DNA from: Methanobacteriota archaeon
GTDB taxonomy: Archaea; Thermoplasmatota; E2; DHVEG-1
DNA: 64,000 nucleotides
NCBI GenBank assembly: GCA_963769885.1
Contig: CAVYNH010000005.1
Coordinates: forward strand, 64,001-128,000
Direction: 5' to 3'
Below, in pieces: positions 55,560-64,000 of the stretch. The first letter of the stretch is position 1. Every line of letters starts with the position of its first letter. The notes below the pieces were generated by a model. It ran no database searches. It saw nothing but the letters and a program-made list of their open reading frames with translations, and was not told where the DNA came from. A program made the position numbers and the translations under genes.

Positions 55560-56399
55560 ATGCGGAGGACGCCGTATGATGAGATTGTGGCCGTTCTTGC
55601 GCCGCGGCTGGGCGCACGCTGTGCGTTGTTGCCGCGGAAGTGGGAGAAGGTCGGCGACGTCCTGATTATTCGGTTTCCTGCGGAGCTTTCGGGGGAATGT
55701 GAGACGATTTGCAGGTCGTATGCTGAGATCTTGGGTTGTGCATCGGTTTTGAATGACGTCGGCGGGATTTCTGGCCAGCATCGAGTTCCGCAAGTTCGCC
55801 ATCTCTGGGGGCGGCATGAGACTGTGACCGTCCATCAGGAGAACGGGGTGCGGTACAAATTGGATCCAGCGGTGGTGATGTTTTCATCGGGGAACATGGC
55901 GGAACGAACCCGGATGGGACAGGTCGTCAAGTCTGGCGAGACGATTGTGGACTTGTTCGCTGGCATCGGGTACTTCACGCTGCCGATGGCGGTCTCGAGG
56001 AAGCCCGTGCGGGTGTACGCCTGCGAGATCAACCATGTTGCGTTCGGGTTTTTGAATCAGAACATCGTCTTGAATCATGTCACCGAGGTGGTTGTGCCGT
56101 TACTGGGAGACAACCACGTAGTGGCGCCGAAGGGGGTCGCTGACCGGGTCGTGCTTGGGTATCTGCAGGAGACCGCGCAATATTTCCCCACGGCCGTCGA
56201 GTGCCTGCGAGGCCATCAGGGGCTGGTGCACTACCATGAGGCGGTGCCGACGGAGCTGTGCCCGGATCGCCCACTTAAGGAGTTAGAGAAGAGTGCCAAG
56301 CGGTACAACAGACGTGTCCAGCTGCTCTCTTGGAAAGAGATCAAAACCTATGCCCCCGGGGTCTCGCATGTGGTCCTCGACGTGGAGGTGACGCGGTAG
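55560..56399 (+). CDS. taw2: tRNA(Phe) wyosine aminocarboxypropyltransferase Taw2/TYW2 (Met-10-like)
   Basis: ENGV.Y.LD...MFS.GN..ER, DLFAGIGYF, CEIN, ADRV.LGY, HYHE, K.YAPG..H.V.D; lacks the Trm5 N-terminal domain. Confidence 0.85.
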   Translation: MRRTPYDEIVAVLAPRLGARCALLPRKWEKVGDVLIIRFPAELSGECETICRSYAEILGCASVLNDVGGISGQHRVPQVRHLWGRHETVTVHQENGVRYKLDPAVVMFSSGNMAERTRMGQVVKSGETIVDLFAGIGYFTLPMAVSRKPVRVYACEINHVAFGFLNQNIVLNHVTEVVVPLLGDNHVVAPKGVADRVVLGYLQETAQYFPTAVECLRGHQGLVHYHEAVPTELCPDRPLKELEKSAKRYNRRVQLLSWKEIKTYAPGVSHVVLDVEVTR

Positions 56400-56920
56400 T
56401 GGCCGGCGTCCGGTTGGTCGTGGTGCACTGTGCGGAGGATGACCCGCGGAAGTGCACGGCGCGGAAGATGCAGCGGTTCGGCCTGACGGCGCTGGTCCCC
56501 AGCGTCCGGCAGGTGCCCCATGAGGCAGTGCTGCTCAGCCCGTTTTCTAAGAAGAGCCTGTCGGCGGAGGATGCGGCGGCGGTACGGCGGTTCGGGCTGG
56601 TGGCGATCGACTGCTCCTGGAAGACCGCGGAAGAGTCGTTCGGCAAGTTGGAGGCGAGGAACCCATCGCGGGCGCTGCCGTTCCTGGTGGCGGCAAACCC
56701 GGTGAATTACGGGAAGCCGTTCCAGTTGACGACCCTGGAGGCTTTCGCCGCCGCGCTGTACATCATCGGAGACATCCCAGGGGCGGAGCGCCTCGTTTCG
56801 TTGTATAAGTGGGCGCCGCATTTCCTGGTTTTGAACCGGGAGCCGCTGGAGGCGTACCGGCGGGCTCGGACGAGCGCAGAGGTCGTCGCAGCGATGCAGG
56901 AGTTCCTTCCGGAGCAATGA
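56399..56920 (+). CDS. tsr3: 16S rRNA aminocarboxypropyltransferase Tsr3
   Basis: DP.KCTA.K, DCSW, R.LPFL+AANPVNYG.P..L.T.EA, W...FL.LN...L..Y; GTG overlaps the taw2 stop (TAGTG) with GGAGGTGA SD. Confidence 0.95.
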   Translation: MAGVRLVVVHCAEDDPRKCTARKMQRFGLTALVPSVRQVPHEAVLLSPFSKKSLSAEDAAAVRRFGLVAIDCSWKTAEESFGKLEARNPSRALPFLVAANPVNYGKPFQLTTLEAFAAALYIIGDIPGAERLVSLYKWAPHFLVLNREPLEAYRRARTSAEVVAAMQEFLPEQ

Positions 56921-56995
56921 GAGAAAGGCAGTCTACCCTTTTGCCCATTTTCCCAAGAGAACCTAAATACAGGGTAAAGCATGCCTTGTACTACA

Positions 56996-57193
56996 ATGGG
57001 CAAACTATTGGGAAAACCCAGACCATTAGACAGCAGAAACCGCGTGACACTCCCACCAGAGGTCCTCAGCCTGCTGAAGCTCAAGGCCAACGACGAGGTG
57101 TTCTTCCAGATCGAGAACGGGAAGATCACGATGGGTAAGGCCCTCGTCCGCTACGAGCTCATCGACGAGATACTCGCCGACAAGAAGAAATAA
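56996..57193 (+). CDS. AbrB/MazE/SpoVT-family DNA-binding protein
   Basis: LD...R+TLP.EV...L.L...D.V.F.+E.G.I swapped-hairpin pattern. Confidence 0.82.
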   Translation: MGKLLGKPRPLDSRNRVTLPPEVLSLLKLKANDEVFFQIENGKITMGKALVRYELIDEILADKKK

Positions 57194-57197
57194 GTAC

Positions 57198-57428
57198 TCA
57201 GAGGCCCAGTTCACGGCTCATCTGCTGCATCCGCTCGTTCTTCACGTACCATAGTACGGTCTTCGTCTGATCGATCACATCAGTCAGGCTCTTCCCTTCG
57301 TCCCGGCTCCGCTGCAGCATCACGATGCCGTACTCGAGATAGTTCTCCAGCACCGCCCGTCGGTGTCGTTCCAGCTTCGGGTCCACTTCCCGGATGTCCA
57401 GGATCCCGTAGGTCTCATTCGCTTGCAC
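57198..57428 (-). CDS. Small helical hypothetical protein
   Basis: 76 aa, GGAGG SD upstream of GTG, convergent with the AbrB gene (4-bp gap). Confidence 0.65.
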   Translation of the reverse strand: MQANETYGILDIREVDPKLERHRRAVLENYLEYGIVMLQRSRDEGKSLTDVIDQTKTVLWYVKNERMQQMSRELGL

Positions 57429-57625
57429 GGCTCATATCCCTCCAAGCCTGACTATCCCATCGAAAATAGATAAAACGGTACGCCCGGGTTTTCCAGCAAA
57501 ACCACAAAAAAACCGCAAAACCCACTCGTTTGTCGACCTTCCCCGAGCAGGAAGTCCACCTACTTTACGCAAACGGGAGATAAAAAAAGAAAAAACAAAA
57601 AAGAGGGGAGAGGATAGAAGACCCT

Positions 57626-59935
57626 CTAGCGCAACCTAAGGATGAACGGCCCGAGCAGGAACCCGCTCGCTGACTTGTAGGCGTCACCGATGTGCGCATT
57701 CACGGTCAGCGGGCCGAACCCGACGAGCAATCCGGTCGTCACCGTCGTCTCATTGCCAGGGCCAAGCGCGGGAATCATCCCGCTCATCCCCTTCATGATG
57801 AGCATGAGTGTGGCTTGTGGGTTCACGGTCCAGGTGATGTTGGTCAGATCAGCGTCAATCATGTTCTTGACCGTGATCTTGAGCTTTATGCCTCCTGTGA
57901 ACGCCGTGATGTTAATCTTGGGCATATCGTTGATTGTAATCTGGAGCGGATCCGACCACGCGCTACTGGACCCATTGACATCCTTCGCCATGACCTTGAC
58001 GTTATAGGTCCCGTACACCGGCCAGGCATGGGATGCGGACACTGTCTCGCCCGTGTCATAGGGTCCGATGAAGTCACTGGTGTTCCCATCGCCCCAGTCG
58101 AACTTCATGAGGATCTGCTGGCCCTCGGGGTCCGAGGGAACCGTGGCCGAATACGTGTAGGTGACGAACGTGACTCCTTCCGTCGGCCCGGTCGGGGCGT
58201 CCGGCGTGTTCGGCGGCAGGTTCGGGTTCGGCGTATCCCGCCAGACAACCGCGGAGGGGTCCCCGAGCAGGTTGTACTCCTCATAGTAGTATTTCGACAT
58301 CCCACCGCCGCTGTAGTAGGTGTAGACCTCGTGCAAGCCGTAGTTGGTCATGCCGCAGATGAACTCGATGTTTTCCACAAACCAGCCCTTGTACATCCCT
58401 CGCTCCAAGATATCGTCCTCGTCCCAGTAAGAGTAGTCGGTCGCGCCCCAGAAGGCGAATCCACCCTTATGAGGGGCACGAGTCCAGGTCTCCCCGAAGC
58501 ACTCCCCTACTGTGAACTGGTTGGTCAGGCAGGCGTGGCTGGCGACAAACGAATACATGCCGTCGTTCGTCAGGCTGTTGACGTTACTTTGGCTGAAGGC
58601 CGGCCCGCCCCATGACGTCTCAGACCCATGACCGGTGTAACAGACGATCCCCCGGCCGGCATTCACCGACGCCAGGACCTGCGCGGTCCCTGCCCCATAG
58701 GTATGAGCATAGAGCTTATCAGAGGTGAACCCAGCAGGGTCGAGATAGGTGGAAATAACGAAATTCTGCGTCCCCTCAGCTAGACTCCAATAGGTTCCAT
58801 CATCCGAAGCCGTCATCGCCGCCTTCTTAATCCAATCAGTCGACGGGAAGTCGCCCGTCTCGTAGTACACCGTCTTGTCGACTATCGTGGTCACCTGCGC
58901 TTCCGTCGACGCCGAGAATCGGCCGATGAAGACATCAGGGAAATAATCAGACCCAACCAATGTCGTATAATAGAGATCCGTGCACGTCCCGGTTTCCGTA
59001 CCGGTATAGGTGGGAATCTGCGGCGAATCCCCGACCAGCAGAACATAGGTGGGGGGTACCGGCCAGGTGGTATACGCCGTATTGATGTACGCCTTGATGT
59101 TCTCCTTTGTGACCCCGCCTGGGATCTGCGACGTCTTCGTCACCGTCACGCCATAACCCTGGGTGGTCTTCAAGTCGGCGAACGGCTGGATCTCCTCCAC
59201 GAACGAGTCGTAGACGATGATGAGGTACCCCTCAGTCTGCCGGGCCGGAACGCCCTGTTCAAGGGTCCCATAGTTGTCAAAGAAGTTCTGATCAAAGGTA
59301 TCGAAGGATGGCGAGCAGTACCGCGTAAGGACCGCCCGGGTTTGGTCCATATCGCTGCCCGGCAGATTGACCGAAATCGAGCAACTGGTCAACAGCCGCA
59401 CCTCACCGGTCACCGGGTTGTACTGGACCGGGGTGACCTCCACCATCACGGCCCGGTGCCCGCGGACTTCGCCGATGACCTGCGCCGAGGCGATGGCCGA
59501 GGGTTGGAAACCGTCAGCCGCATACGCCGCCGGGTTCATGGTAAACTCCGCCGTGGCCCCCGGCAGCTTCACCACTGACGACTGGACCGGGACGACAAGG
59601 ACTGGGACGCCCTCGGCGGCAAGCGATGTCTGCGTCCAGACCGCATCCGTAACCGTCACGACCGGCTGCGCCCCAATCGGAATCTCAAAAATGTAGGTAA
59701 TCATCGGTAGCTTGGGGTCACCGCGCACCACCGTATACCCCGTCGCCGTGGACGCCTCGATCGTGGCGAACGCCCCCTCCGAGAGCTGTACGCTGCCGAA
59801 GGTATACACAGGCTGGTCCACCGTGATGCGGATGCTTGGCTCTGATACAGGTCGTGCGACCACCGCGGTCGTGCCCGTCAGCAGCAGTATCAGGATGCAG
59901 CAAACGAGCTTAGAAAATCCAGATTCACTACTCAT
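57626..59935 (-). CDS. Secreted C25 gingipain-like peptidase: propeptide, catalytic, PKD-like and C-terminal Ig-like domains
   Basis: Signal peptide; G.P.LP propeptide, VRG, PVQYNP; YVLLVGD, TDLYY, PD+.IGR, YTGHGS, ACLT, YNLLGDP; FDWGDG...HAW...GTY.VKV.AKD. Confidence 0.95.
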   Translation of the reverse strand: MSSESGFSKLVCCILILLLTGTTAVVARPVSEPSIRITVDQPVYTFGSVQLSEGAFATIEASTATGYTVVRGDPKLPMITYIFEIPIGAQPVVTVTDAVWTQTSLAAEGVPVLVVPVQSSVVKLPGATAEFTMNPAAYAADGFQPSAIASAQVIGEVRGHRAVMVEVTPVQYNPVTGEVRLLTSCSISVNLPGSDMDQTRAVLTRYCSPSFDTFDQNFFDNYGTLEQGVPARQTEGYLIIVYDSFVEEIQPFADLKTTQGYGVTVTKTSQIPGGVTKENIKAYINTAYTTWPVPPTYVLLVGDSPQIPTYTGTETGTCTDLYYTTLVGSDYFPDVFIGRFSASTEAQVTTIVDKTVYYETGDFPSTDWIKKAAMTASDDGTYWSLAEGTQNFVISTYLDPAGFTSDKLYAHTYGAGTAQVLASVNAGRGIVCYTGHGSETSWGGPAFSQSNVNSLTNDGMYSFVASHACLTNQFTVGECFGETWTRAPHKGGFAFWGATDYSYWDEDDILERGMYKGWFVENIEFICGMTNYGLHEVYTYYSGGGMSKYYYEEYNLLGDPSAVVWRDTPNPNLPPNTPDAPTGPTEGVTFVTYTYSATVPSDPEGQQILMKFDWGDGNTSDFIGPYDTGETVSASHAWPVYGTYNVKVMAKDVNGSSSAWSDPLQITINDMPKINITAFTGGIKLKITVKNMIDADLTNITWTVNPQATLMLIMKGMSGMIPALGPGNETTVTTGLLVGFGPLTVNAHIGDAYKSASGFLLGPFILRLR

Positions 59936-60389
59936 TAATATCAACCCTAGGTATTATAATATAAAGGAGAGCTTTTTATACATATCGCCCTGCCTGACGT
60001 AGGCATGGCACAGGGAAAGGCACCGTTCCGACCTTATCCACCTTAAAAGGAGAGGAAAAACCCTAGAATCCCTTCGGCGACGCCATCCCCAGCGCCACCC
60101 TGAAGCCCGCCGGCGGACGCACCAACGCCTCTTTTACGAGCCGCGTCAGCACCCGGCTCTCAACGACCGGGCCATCAACCCACAAATATCGAAGATGAAG
60201 CCGAACCACCGTGATCCCTACTAAGAAACTCATTGTCAAGCCCACACACCCGTACACCGATAAACACCCCCCCGGGAGCTGAAAAAAGCGTAACGCACGA
60301 ACGATTCCAACACAATCCAACACCCCCTTCACTCACTAGATTTAAGTAACGGAAAACGAATGCATGCCCCCTACCCGGGGACAACGCCC

Positions 60390-61793
60390 ATGACCCAAGA
60401 CCTCACCACCTTCTTCCAGCCACGCAGCATCGCCGTCGTCGGCGCCTCCAAAAACCCCACCAAAATCGGCCACGCCTCCCTCAAAAACATTCTCATCTCC
60501 GACTACGCCTGCAAACTCTACCCCGTCAACCCCAACGAAAACGAAATCCTCGGCATGAAATGCTACAAAACTGTCCTCGACATCCCAGGCACCATCGACC
60601 TCGTCATCATCGCCGTCCCCGCCCCCATCGTTCCCCGCATCCTCAAAGACTGCGTGAAAAAAAAGGTCGCCTGGGTCATCATCATCTCCTCAGGATTCAG
60701 CGAAATCGGCAACCACCAAGAAGAAGACGAACTCAAACAGATCATCGCCGGCAGCACCACCCGTATCCTCGGCCCCAACACCATGGGCTATAAAAACGCC
60801 TCCGCCGGCATCGACGCCTCCTTCGTCTTCGGCATGCCCCGCAAAGGCAACCTCGGCCTCATCAGCCAGAGCGGTGCCCTCGGCATGGGCATGATCTACC
60901 TCGCCAACAACGAATACGTCGGCCTCTCCAAAATCATCGGCGTCGGCAACAAAATCGACATCGACGACGACAACCTCATCACCTACATGGCCCACGACCC
61001 CGAAACCGAGGTCATCGGCCTCTACATCGAAGGCATCAAGCACGGCAGAGACTTCATGGCTAGCATCAAGGCCTGCGACAAACCCGTCCTCGTCGTCAAA
61101 GCCGGCAGGGGCAAGGCCGGCGCCCGCGCCACCGCCTCACACACCGGTTCCATGGCCGGCAGTGACGAAATCTACAGCGCAGCCATCACCCAAGCCGGCG
61201 GCATCCGCTGCCGCGACCTCGTCGAGCTCTTCGACATGGCACGAGCGCTCGCAGGCCAGCCACCCGCCCGCGGGAACCGCATCGGGATCATCACCAACGG
61301 CGGCGGACTCGGAATCCTCCTAACCGACGCCTGCGAAGCAAACGGCCTGGTCGTCCCCCCGCTCTCAAAGCAAACCTACGATCGGATGCGCAAGATTCTA
61401 CCTTCACTAGTCACCCCGAACAACCCAATCGACCTCGTCGCCGATGCAGGGTTCTACCGCTATTGGTCGTCCTCGCTTGCGTTGCTGCAAGACCCGAACA
61501 TCGACGGGATTATCGTCGCGTCCGTTCACGCCGGGTACGCCAGACCCAGGGAATACACGGGCGCGATCCAGAAGATGATCTTCCAGCAGAAGCTGCATCA
61601 TGAATATCAAAAACCAATCCTGGGCTGTTGGGTTGGCGGCCGGGAGTTTGAGGACCTCGTCCAGGACCTCAAGGCGGTCGGCGTCCCGATCTATCCATCC
61701 TCCTGGCGGGCAGCACGGGCGATGTACGCGCTGGTGAAAGAAGGCGAGCGGAAAGCGAGAAAGAGCCGGCCGAAGAAAAAGAAACCCTGCTAA
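60390..61793 (+). CDS. acdA: Acyl/acetate-CoA ligase (ADP-forming) alpha subunit
   Basis: P.SIAVVGAS....K.G, GF.E.G, LGPN.MG, SQSGA, GN..D, LY+E, phospho-His SHTGS, TN.GG.G, NP+D. Confidence 0.93.
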   Translation: MTQDLTTFFQPRSIAVVGASKNPTKIGHASLKNILISDYACKLYPVNPNENEILGMKCYKTVLDIPGTIDLVIIAVPAPIVPRILKDCVKKKVAWVIIISSGFSEIGNHQEEDELKQIIAGSTTRILGPNTMGYKNASAGIDASFVFGMPRKGNLGLISQSGALGMGMIYLANNEYVGLSKIIGVGNKIDIDDDNLITYMAHDPETEVIGLYIEGIKHGRDFMASIKACDKPVLVVKAGRGKAGARATASHTGSMAGSDEIYSAAITQAGGIRCRDLVELFDMARALAGQPPARGNRIGIITNGGGLGILLTDACEANGLVVPPLSKQTYDRMRKILPSLVTPNNPIDLVADAGFYRYWSSSLALLQDPNIDGIIVASVHAGYARPREYTGAIQKMIFQQKLHHEYQKPILGCWVGGREFEDLVQDLKAVGVPIYPSSWRAARAMYALVKEGERKARKSRPKKKKPC

Positions 61794-62101
61794 TCCACCC
61801 AGTCGACCCCGAGAATCGACTTCCAGTCAGTTTTTTTGTTCTTCCATCGCTCGACGGTTTCCTTGGAGAGGCAGTTCTGGCAGAGTCCAATGATGGTGAA
61901 GTAACAGGAGGGGCAGGTGGGTTTGCCGCATTTGATGCAGATGGCGGTAGCCTCGTTGGTGTCACAGACATGACATTTGCCGGTTGGCGGCTGGTTTTTG
62001 AGGACGGTGTTAATCTTGGCAGCGATCTTCCCTTGGTCTTTCTTGGAGATCCACTGCTTAAGGGCATCGTTCATCGTCGCGGTATCTGTCTCCTTCGTCA
62101 C
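61790..62101 (-). CDS. Small Cys-rich zinc-finger protein (B-box-like, 8 Cys)
   Basis: CHVC-x6-CIKCG-x3-CPSC-x7-CQNC; downstream of carS. Confidence 0.8.
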   Translation of the reverse strand: MTKETDTATMNDALKQWISKKDQGKIAAKINTVLKNQPPTGKCHVCDTNEATAICIKCGKPTCPSCYFTIIGLCQNCLSKETVERWKNKKTDWKSILGVDWVD

Positions 62102-62153
62102 CAGGTATCGCCTGTTCCTTCCGTGCGTATAGTGAAAATCTTGGTTGGTTTGA

Positions 62154-62750
62154 TTAATGTTGTGTCGGCTGCCGGTGCGCCCTTCTCCAGAGGAGGTTTG
62201 CGGAGATGTGGATGAAGGGGGTGAGGACGATGAGAATGAGAAGGTGCCAGATGGTCAGGGTGTCGAGGAACCAGTTGACAGCGGTAGCGCCTGAGAGTTG
62301 GAGGATCGTGCTTGCGAGGAGGCTGAAGAGGAGTGCGCCGAGGAGGAAGTCAAATTGGTCGAAGGGGATCCAGTCGGCACCGCGGGCGATGTTGCAGCGG
62401 CGTTTGAAGAAGCTTTCGATGATGTCTCCGAGGAGGGCGCCGAAGCAGAGGGAGAACAGGATGGGGATCATGAGGGGGAATCCCTCGAAGTTGGTGAGGC
62501 TGAGGAAGGCGTAATCGCTGGTGTGGAGGTAGGTGGCGGCGACGGCGCAGCCGAAGCCGGCAATCATGCCCAGGAGCGTGCCGACGATGAGACCGTTCCA
62601 GGTTTTTCCGTCGCCGAGGATGCGTCGACCGTCGTGCCAGGTGCGGCCGGCGTCGATAGGTCGTCCGCCGCCGACGAGGACGGCGGTGGCGTTGGCGGTG
62701 TAGACGGGGATGATGATCCAAAAGGCTTGGGCCAGGACGGTGGGGTCCAT
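62154..62750 (-). CDS. carS: CDP-archaeol synthase
   Basis: P.Y.AN....GGG.PID.G....DGRR+LGDGKTW.G, LGD+..SFFKRR..I.RG......DQ.DF; multi-TM. Confidence 0.95.
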   Translation of the reverse strand: MDPTVLAQAFWIIIPVYTANATAVLVGGGRPIDAGRTWHDGRRILGDGKTWNGLIVGTLLGMIAGFGCAVAATYLHTSDYAFLSLTNFEGFPLMIPILFSLCFGALLGDIIESFFKRRCNIARGADWIPFDQFDFLLGALLFSLLASTILQLSGATAVNWFLDTLTIWHLLILIVLTPFIHISANLLWRRAHRQPTQH

Positions 62751-62774
62751 GGCTTGTGCGAATCCCCTAGTGTT

Positions 62775-63302
62775 TTAAAAGGCCTTTGCCGCGGCGGTGA
62801 GGGGGGTGCGGGTGATTTTAAGGCCGGTGTATTGGAAGCGGCTTGAGCGTTTGACGAGGGCTTTGAGAGCGGTGTTGGAGATATGGAAGTTCTCGGAGAC
62901 CTTGTTGGCGAAGGTGCCACTATCTCCGATGAAGTCGTAGATCTTCTCTTCGAGGTTTTCGAAGGATTGGTCGTCAAGGGAGGAGATGTTGAAAATCTCG
63001 CTGATCTCATTGACGGGGCAGGAGATGTTGATGTTGAAGAGGGAGTAGAAGGAGCGGTACATTTTTTGGGGTTTGCCGTTGACGCCTTCTTCCGGGGTGG
63101 TCCATTTGGTTTCGGCGAGCTTCATTTTTTCGAAGAATTCCAAGGCGTCGTGTCCCTCGTCGCCGAAGCGGGTGAGGATCATGCTGGAGGGGATCCAGTC
63201 CTTGGAGATTTCCATGAAGACCTCTTTTTTGACTGGAGAGTCGAAGGCGCGAATGATAGTTACGAGGTCGGTGGAATCGTTAATCACCTTGGTGCGAATC
63301 AT
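62775..63302 (-). CDS. Conserved archaeal ArsR-like DNA-binding protein
   Basis: RTK++ND..+LV.+..AF......V+..+...W...+ETKW..P.....KP.K.Y..FY..F.IN pattern of euryarchaeal ArsR-like regulators. Confidence 0.75.
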   Translation of the reverse strand: MIRTKVINDSTDLVTIIRAFDSPVKKEVFMEISKDWIPSSMILTRFGDEGHDALEFFEKMKLAETKWTTPEEGVNGKPQKMYRSFYSLFNINISCPVNEISEIFNISSLDDQSFENLEEKIYDFIGDSGTFANKVSENFHISNTALKALVKRSSRFQYTGLKITRTPLTAAAKAF

Positions 63303-63482
63303 AGTCCGTCATCTTTTTATAAGAGCCGCCATGAATCGACTTGTTACCTATTTAAATTTTTTCAATACAACGGTAAACAGAGAATATTTATATATAATAA
63401 AAAAAATTTTACCTGGAAGGGGCTCCTCTCCGGCATGATGCAACAGGCATCCTCCATCGACAACCAATCAGAAAAACACAGA

Positions 63483-63554
63483 TGGACTCGTCGGGATTTG
63501 AACCCGAGGCCTCCCGCATGCCAAGCGGGCGATCTTCCGCTGATCTACGAGCCC
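63483..63554 (-). tRNA. tRNA-Ala (GGC)
   Basis: Reverse complement GGGCTCGTAGATCAGCGGAAGATCGCCCGCTTGGCATGCGGGAGGCCTCGGGTTCAAATCCCGACGAGTCCA; G3:U70 identity pair; anticodon loop TTGGCAT. Confidence 0.97.
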
Positions 63555-63713
63555 TTCAAGAGAGACCTACAACACCGAAGGGCAAATAAAAGTTACTGGT
63601 GAAAAAAAACAAAAACAGAAAATCACGGCGCATCCACCCGACAACCGCCATACAAAAAAAACGGCACCCAGCCTTTAATACCGAGCACCCCGATACCGTC
63701 GGACACTGATCCC

Positions 63714-64000
63714 GTGAACATCAAGAAAAAAGACCTTGAAATCTCCCTCCAACAAGTCCCACCACCACCAACCCCGAACCCGCGCCTCGAACAGTACACC
63801 ACCCCTGCCCCCATCGCCGCGGACATCATCTTCACCGCGTACCAACTCGGAGACATCCAAGAACGGTCGGTCCTCGACCTCGGCTGCGGCACCGGCCTCT
63901 TCGCGGTCGGCGCCGCACTCGCCGGCGCAAAGGACATCGTCGGCATCGACATCGACCCCACCCTCATCGCCATCGCCAAAGCCTTCAGCACCCGCCATCA
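63714..64000 (+). CDS. METTL5-family RNA methyltransferase (3' truncated by window edge)
   Basis: Manual translation from GTG 63714: MNIKKKDLEISLQQVPPPPTPNPRLEQYTTPAPIAA...GDI....VLDLGCGTG...GA..+VGID+D. Absent from the ORF track because it has no stop in the window. Confidence 0.9.
   Translation, partial: MNIKKKDLEISLQQVPPPPTPNPRLEQYTTPAPIAADIIFTAYQLGDIQERSVLDLGCGTGLFAVGAALAGAKDIVGIDIDPTLIAIAKAFSTRH

Noticed and set aside
56996-57428. Type II toxin-antitoxin operon
   Set aside because: There is no co-directional toxin gene, and the neighbouring ORF lacks PIN, MazF or RelE motifs.
1-64000. CRISPR array, IS element, integrase or provirus
   Set aside because: No regularly spaced direct repeats, transposase or integrase motifs, terminal inverted repeats or viral hallmark genes were seen, including next to the three tRNAs.

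Overview
A GC-rich archaeal chromosome segment. Gene content (archaeosine tgtA, ftsZ-secE-spt5-rpl11, carS, nop5, archaeal pilins) and an abundance of secreted C25 gingipain, NosD and Ig-domain proteins point by inference to Thermoplasmatota of the DHVEG-1/MBG-D type. It holds about 50 CDS, three intron-less tRNAs (Phe-GAA, Asp-GTC, Ala-GGC) and no recognisable IS, prophage, CRISPR array or rRNA. The central ~28 kb (14.3-42.7 kb) is a cell-surface region. It contains a complete type IV pilus system (low-complexity accessory protein, ATPase, two TadC/ArlJ platform proteins, a giant pilin-adhesin with nested domains, a DUF11 adhesin, two small pilins, prepilin peptidase), plus two C25 proteases and large secreted beta-proteins; a third C25 protease lies at 57.6-59.9 kb. 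Main second-look items: two ~100-aa Ig-like terminal modules each shared by unrelated secreted proteins (candidate sorting or anchoring tags), multi-level domain nesting and a circularly permuted Ig insert, a probable ATA start codon, a degenerate class II aldolase coupled to mtnA behind a KaiC-like ATPase, tandem acp-transferases taw2-tsr3, a cysE remnant beside tRNA-Phe, two single-base frameshifts, and a strong kb-scale oscillating C/A versus G/T strand skew. All family assignments come from motif recognition by eye; no database searches were run.
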